64,000 nucleotides of DNA from Raillietiella orientalis (taxonomy: Eukaryota): assembly GCA_036172245.1 (NCBI GenBank), contig JAYWIR010000049.1, positions 806,001 to 870,000 of the forward strand, given 5' to 3'. The notes under the pieces are model-generated. The model made no database searches. It had not been told where the DNA came from and saw only the letters and a list, made by a program, of their open reading frames with translations. The translations under genes and the position numbers were made by a program. This document shows positions 1 to 14,469 of the stretch, in pieces. The stretch's first letter is position 1, and the number at the start of each line of letters is the position of its first letter.

Positions 1-327
1 TTAAAGAGCACCTGAAAAAGGGTTGAGAAACAAGAAAACTATCAAGAAAAAAAGAATTAGTTAGTTTTGCAAATTTAATGCTAAACATAGAAGATTTTAA
101 AGCTTTACGTTGTTGTTATGATTTATTTCTTGAACAACTACAGTTGCAATAAATAGTATGCTGCAAACCTTTGTTTGAAAGTCATTCAACTGCATGTTAC
201 ACAAGCATGCTGCACCCATCCGATTATTATTCAGATTCTTGTTATAGGCAAGCGTAAATGTTCTCCGAGGTAAAGAGCGTAATAAGAGAAACTCAACTCC
301 AGAAGTCAATTTATTAACAAGCACTGC

Positions 328-3300
328 TTAATGGCTCAGCTTTGTCTTTTTTCTTGCAATGGCATCCTCAACTGCTTTCAACTGTTTGAGTAATTCTTCT
401 CTTCTGTTCGAACTCGATCTTTTAGCTACAGATTTTGAGAGTAAACCACTTCCTTTTGCAGAACCGCTAACAGAAGATACAGGAGAAGCAGGAACATGAC
501 GCTTCTCCTTATTTCCCTCTATTGATTGGCTCGTAGCTATAGAACATTGGTTAGCTCTTTTAACTAACAGGTTACCTTTTCCATGAAGCTTTGGAGCATC
601 TGAAGATTTGATTGCTTGTGCAGGTTCTTTTAGGGTAAGGCGTATCTGTTGCTTTTGCCCAGAGACCTGAAATTCGTTTTTGCAGCTTGGCATTAGAGGC
701 CACTAATTCTGACAATTTCAGTAACCTTCAAAGGGTCAATTCCTTTGGGAGTTGGCTTGATGAAATTGCCATCACGACTACTTCCAGGTGGCAATGGTTC
801 TTGAGTTATTTTTTTCGAAAGACCAGAAGTGGATACTGATGACAAATGAATACGTCGACTGCTTTTAGCATTGCTTGACTTTCCACTGGATGTAGAAGAG
901 GAAGAGGAGGAAGATTCACTACTAGATCTTTTGTGATGTCTATGGGAATTGCCACTGAACTCCAATACTGAGTCAAAACATACCTGACACTTGTATGCAA
1001 CAAGGGTTGCTTTGCAAAAGTATTGGGCAATTTGCTTGTGTGCACTGCAGGAGGTGGGAAGGGACGTGTAACTGCATCCTTGTTAGTATCATTTTTCTTA
1101 GAAACCTGCGTGTTGCCTATGCCTGCTTTTTAAAACAAATTTCTTTGTATTATCCAGACCTTTATTTTTATTGTGTAAAGAATACAAGGAATCCACACGA
1201 ACACTGTCTGATGAGGGAGAGGATACAGAATTTGATTGGCTGGAATAGGAGCTTGAAGAAGAACTACTTCTGTCTGAAGAACGTGAACTAGAACGTGAAG
1301 AACTGGCACAGGATAGCAATATAGCATAAATGTTATTCTCCTTGATCTTACCCACTAGAAGAATGTGATGTATCAGATAGGCTTTTGCCTCGTCGAAGTC
1401 TATTATTATGTTTAGGAGATTTCCTCCTCATCCATGGATCAGCCCATTCATCTGCTCGACTTTTCTGCACTTGGATAACTTCATCATATCTCCAAAAAAA
1501 GTTCATTATTTAAAAGAAACATGGCTCAAATTACCTCTCCTCTTTCCAATTTGTTGGTGGAACAATTGATTCTTTAATTTTACTAGGTTTTTCTTTTACC
1601 TCATTTTCCTTCTCCAATTTATCAAAATGTTTTGAATGAATGTCTTTTTCAGAAAGTTCTTTTTTAAGGATAACACGTTCTCGATGGATTTCTCGATCAG
1701 ATTCAGCTTTTACTACGTGAATTTCGAAATTTTCGTAATTCTTGGGTTTATTTACATAGTTTCGAGCTTTTCTCCAATACTCTAACGTTTGCTTATTATA
1801 GGGGTCGAGTTCATCATCAAATCTACAAAATAATTACGTTTTCTGAGTTTCTAATCCCAAGTTACCGTAGTTCTGGATAAACAGGACTAGGTTGTCTAGC
1901 ATAGTTATAATAATCAGTTTCTTGATCAAGTTCATCCTGACCAATGCTAAGATTAAATTTCTTATCTTCAAAATCAACATCAGTTTCTTTTCTGATCATT
2001 GCCCTTTTGATTCTCTGAAACAATTTTGTATGCATACAACATATTCAATAAGCAGTACAAAAATCCCAAATATCATTCACAGCTTATTATTTCTCAGCAG
2101 TAAGAAATCAACAATAAGATGAATATATAAAAAGAAAATGATCAAGAAATCCAAATTTTACAGTGACAATTAGCACAAAATGCTGCATAGATTGTGTATA
2201 TCAGTCATGAATACTATGATATTTAGGTCATATGATTACTTGATATTAATATTTCCTTCTTGAATTAAAATATGGAATTATTGTGTTAAGTGCAAACTTA
2301 CTTCTTTAGATAAACGTAGGCCTCTCTCCCACGATGTTTCAGCTACAGGTACTGGTTCTTCAACATAACCAAGAGAATCAACTGCTTCCTATTCAATATG
2401 AAATTAATTTATTACAATTATAGTACAATTACTGCAAAATTTGATCTTTTATAAACATCGGCAGTGATTGTAGCTTTAAAACCATTGAAATTGAAAAACA
2501 AAAAAAAACAGAACTTTAGAATTTCAATGAAAATTACCGTATTTACATTTTCATAATTGCTGCCAGTATAAACATTCCGATTATCCAAAACTTGATAAGT
2601 ATTATTAGGAAAAGAAGTTTTGGATGGTGCAAACATGTTATAATTTCCTTTATCTGTCACTCCTGGGTGAACAAACCTAAAAAATTATTCATAGCATTCA
2701 TTGCACAAATTTCCTTGCTATCATACAAATTGAATAATAAAAACAATCTGTTTCTTTTTCATAATGAAAGACTAAATATATAACAATAGATCTGAAGTAC
2801 ACAGCAATATGTTGGGTCTTTTCTGCAGTTATACAACATCAAAAGAAGACTAGTAACAGTATGAGGCAAGGCAAATCAGCACATGCATTGAAATAAAATG
2901 ATATTTATGAATTAGTAAACAATAATGATACAAGTATTCTGCAACAAATGCCAATAAATTTACAAACCTGCAATTGGAGCCCCAGGTACATTGACCTCTA
3001 CTGAAAAATCTGCAAATGGGCTTCAAATCAACTGTTGCTCGATCTTCATCATCATCTAGTTCACCATCTTCCAGATCTTTTGCTACTTGCTTATCTTTTA
3101 GGCCTTCTTCCCTGCATTCTCCTTCTTCAGCATCCTCATTTATTTTCTCATGTATTTGAATACTACTTTTAGATTCGGAATCATCGTTAGGAGTAGGTTC
3201 TTCTGCTTCAAAATCCAACTCAGTTTCATTAACATCTTGAGGGAATTCATGATCATTCTGAGTAACACATTTGTTTACTTCGGGTAAAACTTCAGAAGGA

Positions 3301-3350
3301 TGTGTTTCATTATTTTCAAAACTGTGAGCAGTATTTTCGTTTGTAGACAT
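328..3350 (-). CDS. ZC3H18: Zinc finger CCCH domain-containing protein 18 homolog (cap-binding complex / NEXT adaptor), multi-exon, about 665 aa in the preferred model
   Basis: Phase-consistent exons 3350-2968, 2676-2538, 2388-2302, 2014-1866, 1822-1535, 1489-1352, 1302-1106, 1071-984, 954-726, 666-576, 536-328. Alternatives: one intron 968-1105 replacing the two smallest; 537-575 could be retained in frame. The spliced protein has a CCCH finger CRFFSRGQCTWGSNCRFVHPGVTDKGNY plus ETSWERGLRLSKE, RKETDVDFEDKKF, YENFEI, RADEWADPWMRRKSP, a Ser/Arg-rich tract, IRLTL and C-terminal RREELLKQLKAVEDAIARKK, all recalled ZC3H18 motifs. An in-frame TAA lies upstream of ATG 3350; splice acceptor at 3381-3382. 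Confidence 0.9.
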
Positions 3351-6300
3351 ATCAATGGAATATTATTCCGTCACCGAAAACTAGGCAATAAAAGCAATTA
3401 ATTCAATAAAACAAGTGTTTCTATACATCTTTTAACACATGTAAAACTTTACTACATGATAATTCCAATATTACCGTTGTAGTCTGACACAAAAATTTAC
3501 AGTTTCAATCTCGTTACAATTCAGTTACAAACAACTAAGTGTAGCGATCATTACATCAAGCAAACATTAAAAAAAAAATTGTGAAAACACTCAGAATACT
3601 CAGTAGTTACCTGTTGTTACTAAAACTGGGGAGAGACAATGACTTCCATGCAAAACATTTTTACTTTATTGGTTTACTTTGTAACTTACCATAATAACCT
3701 GATTGTGAACTATTAGTTCCGATAACAGAAAATATTTACATCCCACACTTAAATATCTACAGTATTTAGGCCACGAAATTTTGAACATGAAAACTACCTG
3801 ATTAATTCAACATAATCCTTAGTAAAAAAAAATAAATATATTTCACAAGTACTTGAATTTACTTTTAAATTGTAGTTCATGCCATTTCGGCGTGATGCAA
3901 ATACATATACAGTTTAGATATCAAGCAAGTTTAGAATCAAAACTACCACCATCTTATCAAAAACATGGTTAATCGTTTTTACTCCCTAATCGGTTAAAAT
4001 AATCCTCAAATTAAGTCCACTTGTGGTTAGAAATGCACACAAATTTGTCACAGCATTAAAATTATTGGAAATATGTGTATATACATCCATATATGCATGT
4101 ATGTATGCACGGATATGCACATTCCTTTATGCACAGATTACATATCGAACGTATACTTATGTTGTGTATATACACAGCAGCATATGTGAAATTAATACGC
4201 GTATTTCTATAAGAACTTTTATGTACCCATCTGTATATTAATTCATTCTGGTCTATATAATTAGCAATTTTTACGTACTTCATAAAAATATGTGTAGCAA
4301 GTAATGAACTCGCAAAAATATCTAAGTACTTATTTTTCAAGATTGAATTGCATTGATTTATTTTCCCTTATTTAAATGTCAATTGCTGAGCATACGTTTA
4401 TTTTTATGTACAATTGTAGTACAAAATTGCTACTACTTTTATTTCTCTATTGTTAGTTGTCAGATTTTCTAAATTAATGCTTCCATCTCAGAAGCCTTTT
4501 AAGGATTCCTGTTTCTATACAAAGTGAATTCGTTTCTTCGATGCAATAGAAAAACAGATTTGTTTATGGTCACACTTAGAAAAAAACAAGAAAACTGAAG
4601 CGTTATATTGGTTTCCGAATAGCGAATGTTGTGAATTCCCTAATTTCATTTCGGTTGTGTATCAGGGAATTTGGAAATCTCATCAGTTCGGACCTGAATA
4701 AGTCAAAAAGTTACCAAAATCTATATCTATTAGAATCAGCATCATGAACACAAAATCCGCAACAATCTTACAGATCAACATAATATCTTTGGATAGTACA
4801 GTAACTTTGGTTATAGATTTTGTTAGTCCATTACAAACCTTGAGAAGCCAACTAGAACAATACCATAGTTAAGAGTTGTTTCAAAGCAGTAAATCAATTA
4901 GACTACTTTCGTTACTGAAAAATTTCTAATTGTCAAGGAACTGATAAGACAAACTCTTTCTAAAATATTAGGCGACAAATCGAATAATGCAGCTAAACGA
5001 GAGCAGTTTTCACTCAAATTTATCAGCAATAATCATACTAGCAAATCATGATTTCAAATCATTATGTTCATAGGGAGAGAAACCACAATATCAAGACAGC
5101 ATGATCTCACGCACACTGAAATTGCACCGTCTTCCTTTTTAACCCTTTTTTTAACCCAATACTCTCTGCGTCCCAGAAGGCAAATATGAGTGAACCGAGC
5201 TTTTAACAAGCTTTCCATAAATTGCAGCTTGAATCATTGCAGATTTGCATACTACAAACTGCAAACGCCTGCCATGCACAAACACACATTGTACATGCAT
5301 TTGCACGAAAAATTTACCCATCTCCTTTAAGGGCATGAACAGAAACGCATGAACCTGCATATTACTGCCATGTATATCAATATCTTCAGAGTTCACTCAG
5401 CAGCCTGTCGTGTAACAAATGATTCGATGAAGTCGTGATAGAATGTCTGTTCTAGGAAAAATCAAAGCATTCCATAAGAAAAGCATGCATTGCTCCAAAC
5501 AAGGTGGATCCCAGAAAAGACTGATTTACACATATATCCTAATTCATAGTGCTTAGCAAGAGTCTCCGTTCGGGATTTAGGTACAGATTCCTTTCTATGC
5601 AAGGTTCTCTATGCAGGTAAGGTACTTATGCACTTATGATAAATGAAGCCTTGTTTAAAATCTGACTTCTCAATGAAGTAAAATTTCATTTAAGAATTTC
5701 ATTCAACCAGTGGAGCGGAGAAATAGATGCTTCCTATGAATAACTGCGAGAATATTCATAGACAAATGTTTTCTTTTGAGTGCTACAGCTTTTTTCTGCT
5801 CAAGAAATATTTCGCAAATTTTTTTTAGAGCTGCATCAAAGATTGGATTTGAAAACATTCGTAAACTGACTTAGGATGAGAGTACCTGATCAATCTTTTC
5901 AACTATTGTCGAATTCTCATGAATACCAGAAATGGCATTTATACACTCACGAGGGCCATTCACGAAAATTGTACGGAATATTAGCTTACTTTATATGAAA
6001 GGTAGATTGTAGCAACAAGGAGAAAATGTCTGCTCATTGAAATTTTTCGCATTGAAACAATTTATTGATATAAAATTAAAGAACGATGAACGAACGTGTT
6101 TCCTGTCAAGGGTAAGTATTCTCTAATCCAATTTTTCCAATTTATGCCATTTGTAGTAGAGCACTTCAGACAAAAGGACATAAGAAACTTAGGTAATACC
6201 CTGAAGTACATACTAGTATTTTAGCTCCGTTCCTTAAATTTAAGCAAATCGTTAGATACTGCCGACACAGATAAGTCGATTTAAGTAGCGCAATAGAAAA

Positions 6301-9300
6301 AGATGAATCGTACAGCGAATTCGTATCGAACTGCTTGTTTAATACGATGTAATAGTAACAGAGCATACGTTCAAAATGTAGTTGGAAAAGAAATATCAAG
6401 TTTACGATTAGAGTGAATTTTGATTCCAGAAGGTTTAGATATCTATTTCCACTTTCAGTAAATATCTGAAATTCTAGATGTAGCTTGTTCTTAAAGCAAT
6501 TTGCATTACCACTCTGACATCGAGGACATTGTCAGCATTCAGACTGAACTGAGAATTAGGTTGTTGAAGGATGTGATAAAGAGATCGACAATCACTATAT
6601 GTTGTTACAGATGTCAGAGTGAGCTGATATGTGCTCGTATTTGCAAAAACGCCGTGATGGCAAATCCTTGCCCGCTCGATAGAAATCGTTAGAGGTGCAA
6701 TCCAAGAATGCCAGTTATTTCGTTTCACGCAACGCATTCTTTACTTGATTGGATACAAACCAGCTTTTCCAATGTGAAAAGGCGAATGACCCACTGTTTT
6801 AATTAGCTACTACATTAGAGGGAATCGGACCTGACAAGCTTGAGAACTTTTTTGTTTTTTTGTTTAAAAGGCTTTAGCAACACAGACGAACGTATGCTTT
6901 AAGAAACCTGGAGCCAAGAAATTAAAAGAAAAGTATGCCGTATCTACTTGCATCAAGCTCATCAAAGCTTAAGATTTTATCAGCTCAAGAAAAAAAAAAA
7001 AAAAACTCTCGGAAATACAGTGTCGTGCAGATGCATCCAATTCATTTTTCAGGATGCTGCAGATGTGCTTAGTTGCAGAAATCTTATCGCAGTAATCTTT
7101 CAGTGTCAGCATAAAAGCATATTCATTAAAATTCTAAAGATTGTTTGATTCTGAAGATCGGTTAACTTTTCTGAATTTATATAGCACTTTCACAATTATG
7201 AGATTATTGAAGGACGCTGAATTTGCTATTATTTCGAACTCAGGGGCAATAAACTTACATCACTGTTGCCGACCACAATGTGGTAATTACTCTCACAATG
7301 TGGCCCAAACCCTGAAGTTCGCTCTTTTTTTCCGCTTCTCGTCCCGGCGCAGTGTAACGGAGAGCCGTTTTTTAATGCATGGGAGGGGGGGGGAATTCCC
7401 TTCGTTGTAAATTTTTTGACAGTTCGTTTTTCAATGCAAATCAGCATGCACTTACATTCAGATATGGTAATAATACTCAGAAGCAAAAGATAAAGGCAAA
7501 ATCTAAATTTTTCTTATTCTTGATGTGTTTTCCAAGCAGGTTGCTGAACCGGCTAATTTCAATGCCGAATTGGTGCAATGCGTTTGTTGTATAAGGTGAC
7601 AAAAAACATTTTATTTCTGAATATATGCACCTCTATTGTTTTGTAATGTTTTCCGTGGCTTTGAGAAGCAAATTTCAGAAATAACCCTAGTTGACAAAGC
7701 ACATGCAAATGCAATAACTCAGAATAACTGAAAGCAAGTTATTTTCCTCATTTTCGCTAAAATCTTGGTCATTTTAATGTTATTCATGTATACATTCTTT
7801 TGCTATTTGAAAATGAGGATGTTTACTAAACAATGAAAAAAATGCATTAACCTGGGCCATGAAACATTCGAAATTCTGCATTTCTTTGAAATTCAAATAT
7901 AATGAACAATATATTCATAGAATGCATAAATTATATGCACATATTGAGTGATTTCTACATCATTTTTCTTGTTAAACAAACAGGTTATGGTAACAAGTTC
8001 CACCAATTTATTTAAAGAGTACTTATTTACGGGAACAATATATTGTTACTAATATTTCACAGGAGTGACTACAAGCAGTTACAATGCTTGAAAAATATTT
8101 TACAAAAATCAAACTTGGATCTTTATCATAACTGAGTTAAGTGTAATATTACCCAAAATTAGGTTCATTTTGTGCCGTAAGGTCCAAACTTTTTGTTAAA
8201 GGTTTTTGATATCTTCCTTACTGTTGATAAGTGTCATGCTACAAATATTCTAGGTTAGAAGTATCACCAATACATTATTTTATATACTATTCATCACTTC
8301 ACTCATTGTTTGGTTTAATACAATTGTGAAGCCTTCAATAAATTCCATTCCCTTTGTTAGCACCTTCAGCTTGCTTTTAATACACCTAATTGAAAATTTC
8401 CATACATGTGTATTTTACTTAAGAAGCTCAAATATTTAGTTCAATAATGAATTAAATAATTTATGCATTAATTCAATTATAAATAAATTGTCACATGCAC
8501 AAAGTCTTTGCACAAGGACCAATAAAATACAAATTTTCTTTTCATGTTTATTAAATTCATGGCTGTTTTGTCATAAAAATATTTTTGCAAATATGCACAG
8601 CAAATTGAAAAATGACAGATGTAAACTTCTGAATAATTCCCTCCTTCCAAATATCAAACAGTGCTATGATACGTTCTCTTAAAAGGCAAAAAATGGCAAT
8701 AATCTCTTACATATCCTCTGATAAATCTTTAATTTGGTTTAAACATTAAAAATTGTTATTTGGACCTCCAATCCAAATCAGGGAACCGTATTCCGTATGT
8801 CGAAATCCTTGAAACATAACGTGGAAGTACTTAACAAGATTTCATGGAATTACATCCAGTTTTTTATTCACTACATAAACTCAAAGAAACACACGTGCTA
8901 CAATAGGAAACTCCATTATGACGCAAAGACGTCACAGTAAACTGAATTCATCATACTGATACAAGTGAACAAAAACATGATCACAGTCAGTTTTAATCAA
9001 GGGAGCAAACTAAAAAAAAGATTCTTGAACATATTTTTATTTCTTACATGAGCTGGAAACTGCAAACTTTACAAGCAATGCACTTAAAATTATTAACACA
9101 ATAATGAGGAAACGGGAACTTTGTGGAAGGGTTTTCACATTTAAATTGCCAAATATCCAAAAGCTTGATGTTCTGCACACAGACAGCCAGCGTACTGCTG
9201 TGACCTGTGAAGACGCGAACGGCGATGCAATTGTTTGCAACGATAACACCTTTGTGATACCTTATCTGTACTTACCATTAATCATTCACTCCATTTTTCA

Positions 9301-9375
9301 AACCTATTCAAGTTTGTGTTTTTTAACTAGCTTCTCTTATGAAAATCCCTTAAAAAATTCAGAATTCCGTTGCGA

Positions 9376-9378
<3 letters not shown>

Positions 9379-9406
<28 letters not shown>
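9379..9406. repeat. (AC)14 microsatellite
   Basis: Directly visible dinucleotide repeat. Confidence 0.95.
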
Positions 9407-9409
<3 letters not shown>

Positions 9410-11011
9410 AAGTGCTCGGCAAGTACTTTTAAAGGGTTACACGTCGTACTTCACTATGATGTTACCTGAGAAATATACCTTGAGCTTACAATTTAGATGA
9501 ATATAAAAGTAAAATTAGTAATTGCAAGGGCTCATGGTATAGGAATCTTCTAACCTTGAGTCTAACGAGAACAACGCTGCGATTATTATTTTGTCAATAT
9601 CACCCAATTAAGCAGGCCAAATAAATCAATTCCTTGATTCAGCTACACTAACAAAATAAACAGTGCAGATCTATTTCTCAAATTTATGGTAGTGGACAAA
9701 AATCGATCTAATGATGCTCATGGAAAATACTCTAAAAAAAATGCAGCTTCCGGAAATGAGTTTTGGAATGATACTTTTCAAATGAATAATGTAACAGCTG
9801 ATAGCCATAGCTGATATTTCCCTGGTGTCCCTAGTGTTCACTCTTAGTTTCTTTTATTCGTTATCACAAACTAAACATTGAAATTCACTATAATAGCTGT
9901 CGTTCAAAGGAAAAATAATTAATCAAAAATGTCTAAAATAGCGCCATAATTTCACAACTATTTATAATTAAAAAGAAAATTTTAAGAAAAAAGATTGTTC
10001 ATTGAAAACAGAAAAAAACAGTGAAGCAAAAGGAGAAATAACTGTTTCAGTTAGAATCTTTGAGTTGCTCATTAGTTTGTCAGTTTCAACATTAATTTGT
10101 TTACAACAAGCATTAATTTTTCAATTTTTTCTAAATGTAAAGTAGAAATATGCAATTTAGAAAGGAATTTATTTTAAAAAAACTTCTTTCAATAAAGTAT
10201 CATGAAATTTCTTTTTGAATACACCTATTTATAAGAAAGTTGTTCAATGCTCATGTTGTTTGAGCATTCATTTCCATCGAGAGTTATTTTTGGGTTTCTG
10301 AAGCATTTTTTTCATTTTTCGAACTTCATCTGTGCAAATAAATTTCTTTGGAAATTCTTTAAATATATAATAAACGCTAATTCATTGAGCTTAAAAAAAA
10401 CAACGCAACCTAAATCTCAGATTTCCTTTTATTTTTTTTCGTAGCATTTGATATCGAAAAGTTTCAGTATTTTTTTTCTGTGGAACTTTGTAGTGCACAG
10501 GAATGAGAAATTTCAGGATACTCATCATAGATAGTAAGGAAAAATTGTTGCCATTTCGATTTGTAGAATTGCAGTGATACCCAGAAAAACTATATTATTG
10601 TTTTCAATGGAGCAAAATAGAATTTCGTCGATACCTATACATGTATGCATTTTTCTGATGTGCTTTCTACTAAATATTACTTAAAGGGTTGCGAACGTAA
10701 TTTCCTATGTTATTGCAATTTTTAGTTGTTTGCATGTCTTATATATTTTCGTTTTAGATTTTTGAAAATTAAATTTCCAAAGTTAATAAAAGAAAAATTA
10801 ATCATGTGTATTGTTGCTTAATGTAAGCGTAAATATATTGCGCGATATTTCTAATGGTGGTTTGTGAGGTTATTCAGTTAATGCGTTATGAGAAAAAAAG
10901 AGATATTAACGATGTTGAAGTTAAGAAAGATTTGTATCACAGATATTAGCTTCTGAGCATATCATTGTTTATTTGCTGAATGTGTGCAAATTTCAAGGTA
11001 ATGATGCCATA

Positions 11012-11019
11012 TATCGATA
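11012..11019. promoter_or_regulatory. DRE-like palindrome TATCGATA, possible housekeeping promoter element upstream of RBBP6 5'UTR exons
   Basis: Exact TATCGATA, located upstream of a candidate plus-strand non-coding exon (tttcag|11257-11340|gtgagt). A single 8-mer in AT-rich DNA could be chance. Confidence 0.25.
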
Positions 11020-14000
11020 AATTTTATTTGGCGCAAATAGTTTGAAGTGATTGCATGTTCAAGTACTGTAGTGCACTTGTAATGGACAAAATTTGAATTA
11101 TTTGTGTGAGTTACCTTATGGAAAGGAGAGGAAAACTGATCATTGATCATTAGTTGTATGATTGCACAGGATTGTGAAGTAAATGAGTTCCAAATCTGGG
11201 ACGCACATTCTGTTGAAACCTGTATTCGCTTTTTGAATAGTGTTTCTTATTTTCAGTGAAAAGAAATGGAAAGATGGCTATAGTAATCGCAGTTCATATC
11301 AGTATTTTTCCAACTACGATCCTATCATCATAAATAACTAGTGAGTAAGTTTTTTTGTTTAAGTTTGGTGTTGCCAGTATTTACACCCACAGTGCATTTT
11401 TACGTATTTTTTTTTTTTATTAAATCTGTTTATTTTTTCGGAACGTGTTATTTACAGATATGTAAATAAATTAAGTCTAGAATCCTTACATGACACAAAA
11501 TAATTTATGGATTGGTCAATTGTATTTCTTGTTGTCTTATGCACACATTTTCCAGAATGCATAAATGTCTGGAGAACTGTGTCCTGAATTGTTCTACTGC
11601 AAATGCAATTGGAGGTTACACGGTTGAAACAGTATAAGAGCGAAGTGATCCAGCAGTATATCAAGAAACATCAGCAAAACCAGCAGGTGTTGTGCAGTGA
11701 GATGAAGTTTTGTGTTTCTAAAGGTGTAAGTGTTAGTGTAAAAGCATTTTATTGTTATGCAGTGGACCAAAAGAAATCAATAAATGCATTTTCTCAGTTT
11801 GTTCAGAATTTTATGTACATCGCTGGTGTGGAAATCCAAGAAATCAGCATTATGTATAGTAATGTGTATAAGTATTGTAAGGAATAAACTTGAAAGTGTC
11901 TTACACATCCAAGTGATTAATGACTGATCTATTATGCTTATAGTTATTAAAGACATAAAATTAATCATGGAATAAATGACAGCAAAAGTTACTTCTGCAT
12001 TAGAGTTTTTTCAATAAAGAGTACAAATGGACTCTAATGAAAATTAAAGGTTGCCTATCCTTTATTAATTTAGTCATTTGTAATCCTCTCACCGGTGTGA
12101 TGAGTGTCTCATAATTTCTCCATAATCTTGAAAATTAAAAAATATTGGATGTACCATAACATTGCCTTTGGTGTCATTTCTTTTCATTAAAATTTGCTAA
12201 AGATTTTAAAGAAGCATTAAATAGCCTTATATCCATATTCAGCAATTGAAGTTCCAAGTTTATTAGCGTAATGATTTCGAAAAGAAGGTAATTGTGATAT
12301 ATTGGTTACAAAGTCTTACTTTGAAATTTAAATCTTATAAAAAAATTTGAAATGAATACTTATAGTCTTTGTTTATATGTATTCTGACATCATGTATTTC
12401 TTCATTATGTATGTAGTATAGCGAATAAGTGCCATTGTAAGCACATTAATATAGTTTCTTTAGTGAGCAATATAAGTGCACAGCACATTGGATATTCATG
12501 TACTAGTGAGTGTTTGTGTGTGTGTGTTCATGTTTATGTAATGAACACACATGCTGTGTATAAGTTTTTCATACAAAAATTTGTTGGTATATCTTGTATT
12601 GTGTGTATACTGTAACATTTTTTATTTATCATCAGTGCATGTGCTCAAGGGTCAGAACTGATTTTTGAATAAGAAAGCTTATGGATGCTGGTTGTGTTAA
12701 TGCTTTGTTTCCGATTTATAAAGGCAAATCCAGGTTTATATTTTTTATAACATGGCTTTGAAATTTCGCAATTTATTATCAAAGGAAATTAAGAGTCAAA
12801 ACATATGAAGTAGAGCACAAGACAGTGATTGATGGCTGAACTTGTTGAATTTGCTTCTTATATGTAATTATTTTTTACAAATGGTTCAAGAATAGTAAAC
12901 AGCAACACTCATATAGAACAATTAGATTATTTAGATTTCCCATTAGCTAGATGCAGAAAACAGTTTGCAATATGGTTTAAAACAACAATTAGCTGTATAT
13001 CTGCACCTTTATTTCCATTTGGTTATGGGATGTATAAGCTGCAGATCTATCAGTTTCAGAAAGGGACAGAATACTTAGCAGTAGAGCTAAAGTACACATT
13101 AGGATGAGCATTCTCAGAGTTTATAAAATGCGATGATCAGCAAATTTTGTTGCATTAGTTGCCATGCTCAGAGTTTCTTAGTGCATATTCGAAATGAAAA
13201 AGAGTCCGTTTTTTCTTTCATGTTTGTTGCATTTACATTTCTGAAGCATTTTGCCCTCTTGTGTAAATGTACTGAAATAGTGATGTATTTTCTTCCAATG
13301 ATGCAGGGTTTCATTCATCAGCATAAATCAGTTATCCTCCAAATGTTTAATACGAATTTTAATTATTGAGTTATAACTTTTGGCTTGGTGCAGCGTTGAT
13401 TTCTAGTTTTATCTTCTGTGTAACTGAATATTTAAGTAGTGAAATGATTTTCTTGAAAGTGCCTACAATTGAAATTTACTTCTTTAAATAGTTTGAATAA
13501 AAATCAATTCAGATATCTAATAGTGTGTGAACAATATCTTCAGACTAGTTTTCATTTCACGTTAACCAGATATTTGTTGCTATTAAAAAAAATTACCGAT
13601 TCTTTGGTTTATCATCATTAGAATTAATTCTGCATTAGAATCAATACATCCTGTCTTTAAGAGTGAATGCTCAATTATAATCAAAAGGTTATGTTTTGTT
13701 TTCTTGAAATAGTATGGATAAAACTTGGTATTCAGTTGGACTTTAATACTGATTTTGTTTCTAGATTACAGAACAGTAATAATAACAATTAAAAGGAAAC
13801 TAAATATGAATATTATGCAAACCTAACCTTGCTGAACCCACAGTTGTAGTAATTAAGTAAATATATCTATAAACAAGGTAATTAGTTGTAAACATCCAAA
13901 CTGTGTTACAAATAATGTTTTGTGGAGAAATTGAAAAATATTTGGTCCATTAGGTAAATCTTTCCAATTATCGTTTAAAGCGAATGAGTTAACATTCCAA

Positions 14001-14424
14001 TATTTAGCGAAAGATTCTATCAGTTAATGGTGTTTAAGCAAAGTAATTTCTATGAAAAAAATTTTTTTTATATGGCTATGTTGTGTAACTTGGAATGAGC
14101 ATAGTTTTGCAAAATATTGTAAGAAAATACATTGTTTTTGTTTGCCCTAAGATCTTGGGAGCATTTCAGTAAATTTTGGTAAAATGAAAAGAATATCAGT
14201 CTTTGGTCAGATTGTGATTCAATAAGAATACATTCAAACATAGATGTAAACTTATGGATTTTAATATGAATTCAGTGGTTCAGTAAAAATTAGATTGAAG
14301 GGTTTCCTGCAACCTGAAGACAGAAAGTAAGAAGTAAAGGAACATTTATCGCGAAATCAATCTTGAATTTAGAAAAATGATTATTTGTATTGTGCATGGA
14401 TTGAACATGGCTGTATTAGATCCA

Positions 14425-14469
14425 ATACTGTATGATTGATGTATACTGTATGATACCATACTGTATGAT
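14425..14469. repeat. Three direct copies of ATACTGTATGAT
   Basis: Copies start at 14425, 14443 and 14458, with short variable spacers. Confidence 0.85.

Noticed and set aside
4023..4340. Overlapping ORFs on both strands
   Set aside because: Degenerate TA/CA/TG low-complexity sequence with no coding signal.
8940..12180. RTGATGA box-C-like motifs (near 8950 minus, 12097 plus)
   Set aside because: No suitably placed box D (CTGA) or terminal stem, so no snoRNA was called.
14425..14469. Repeat-spacer-like pattern (CRISPR-like)
   Set aside because: 12-nt units with 3-6 nt spacers in a eukaryotic intron; an ordinary minisatellite.
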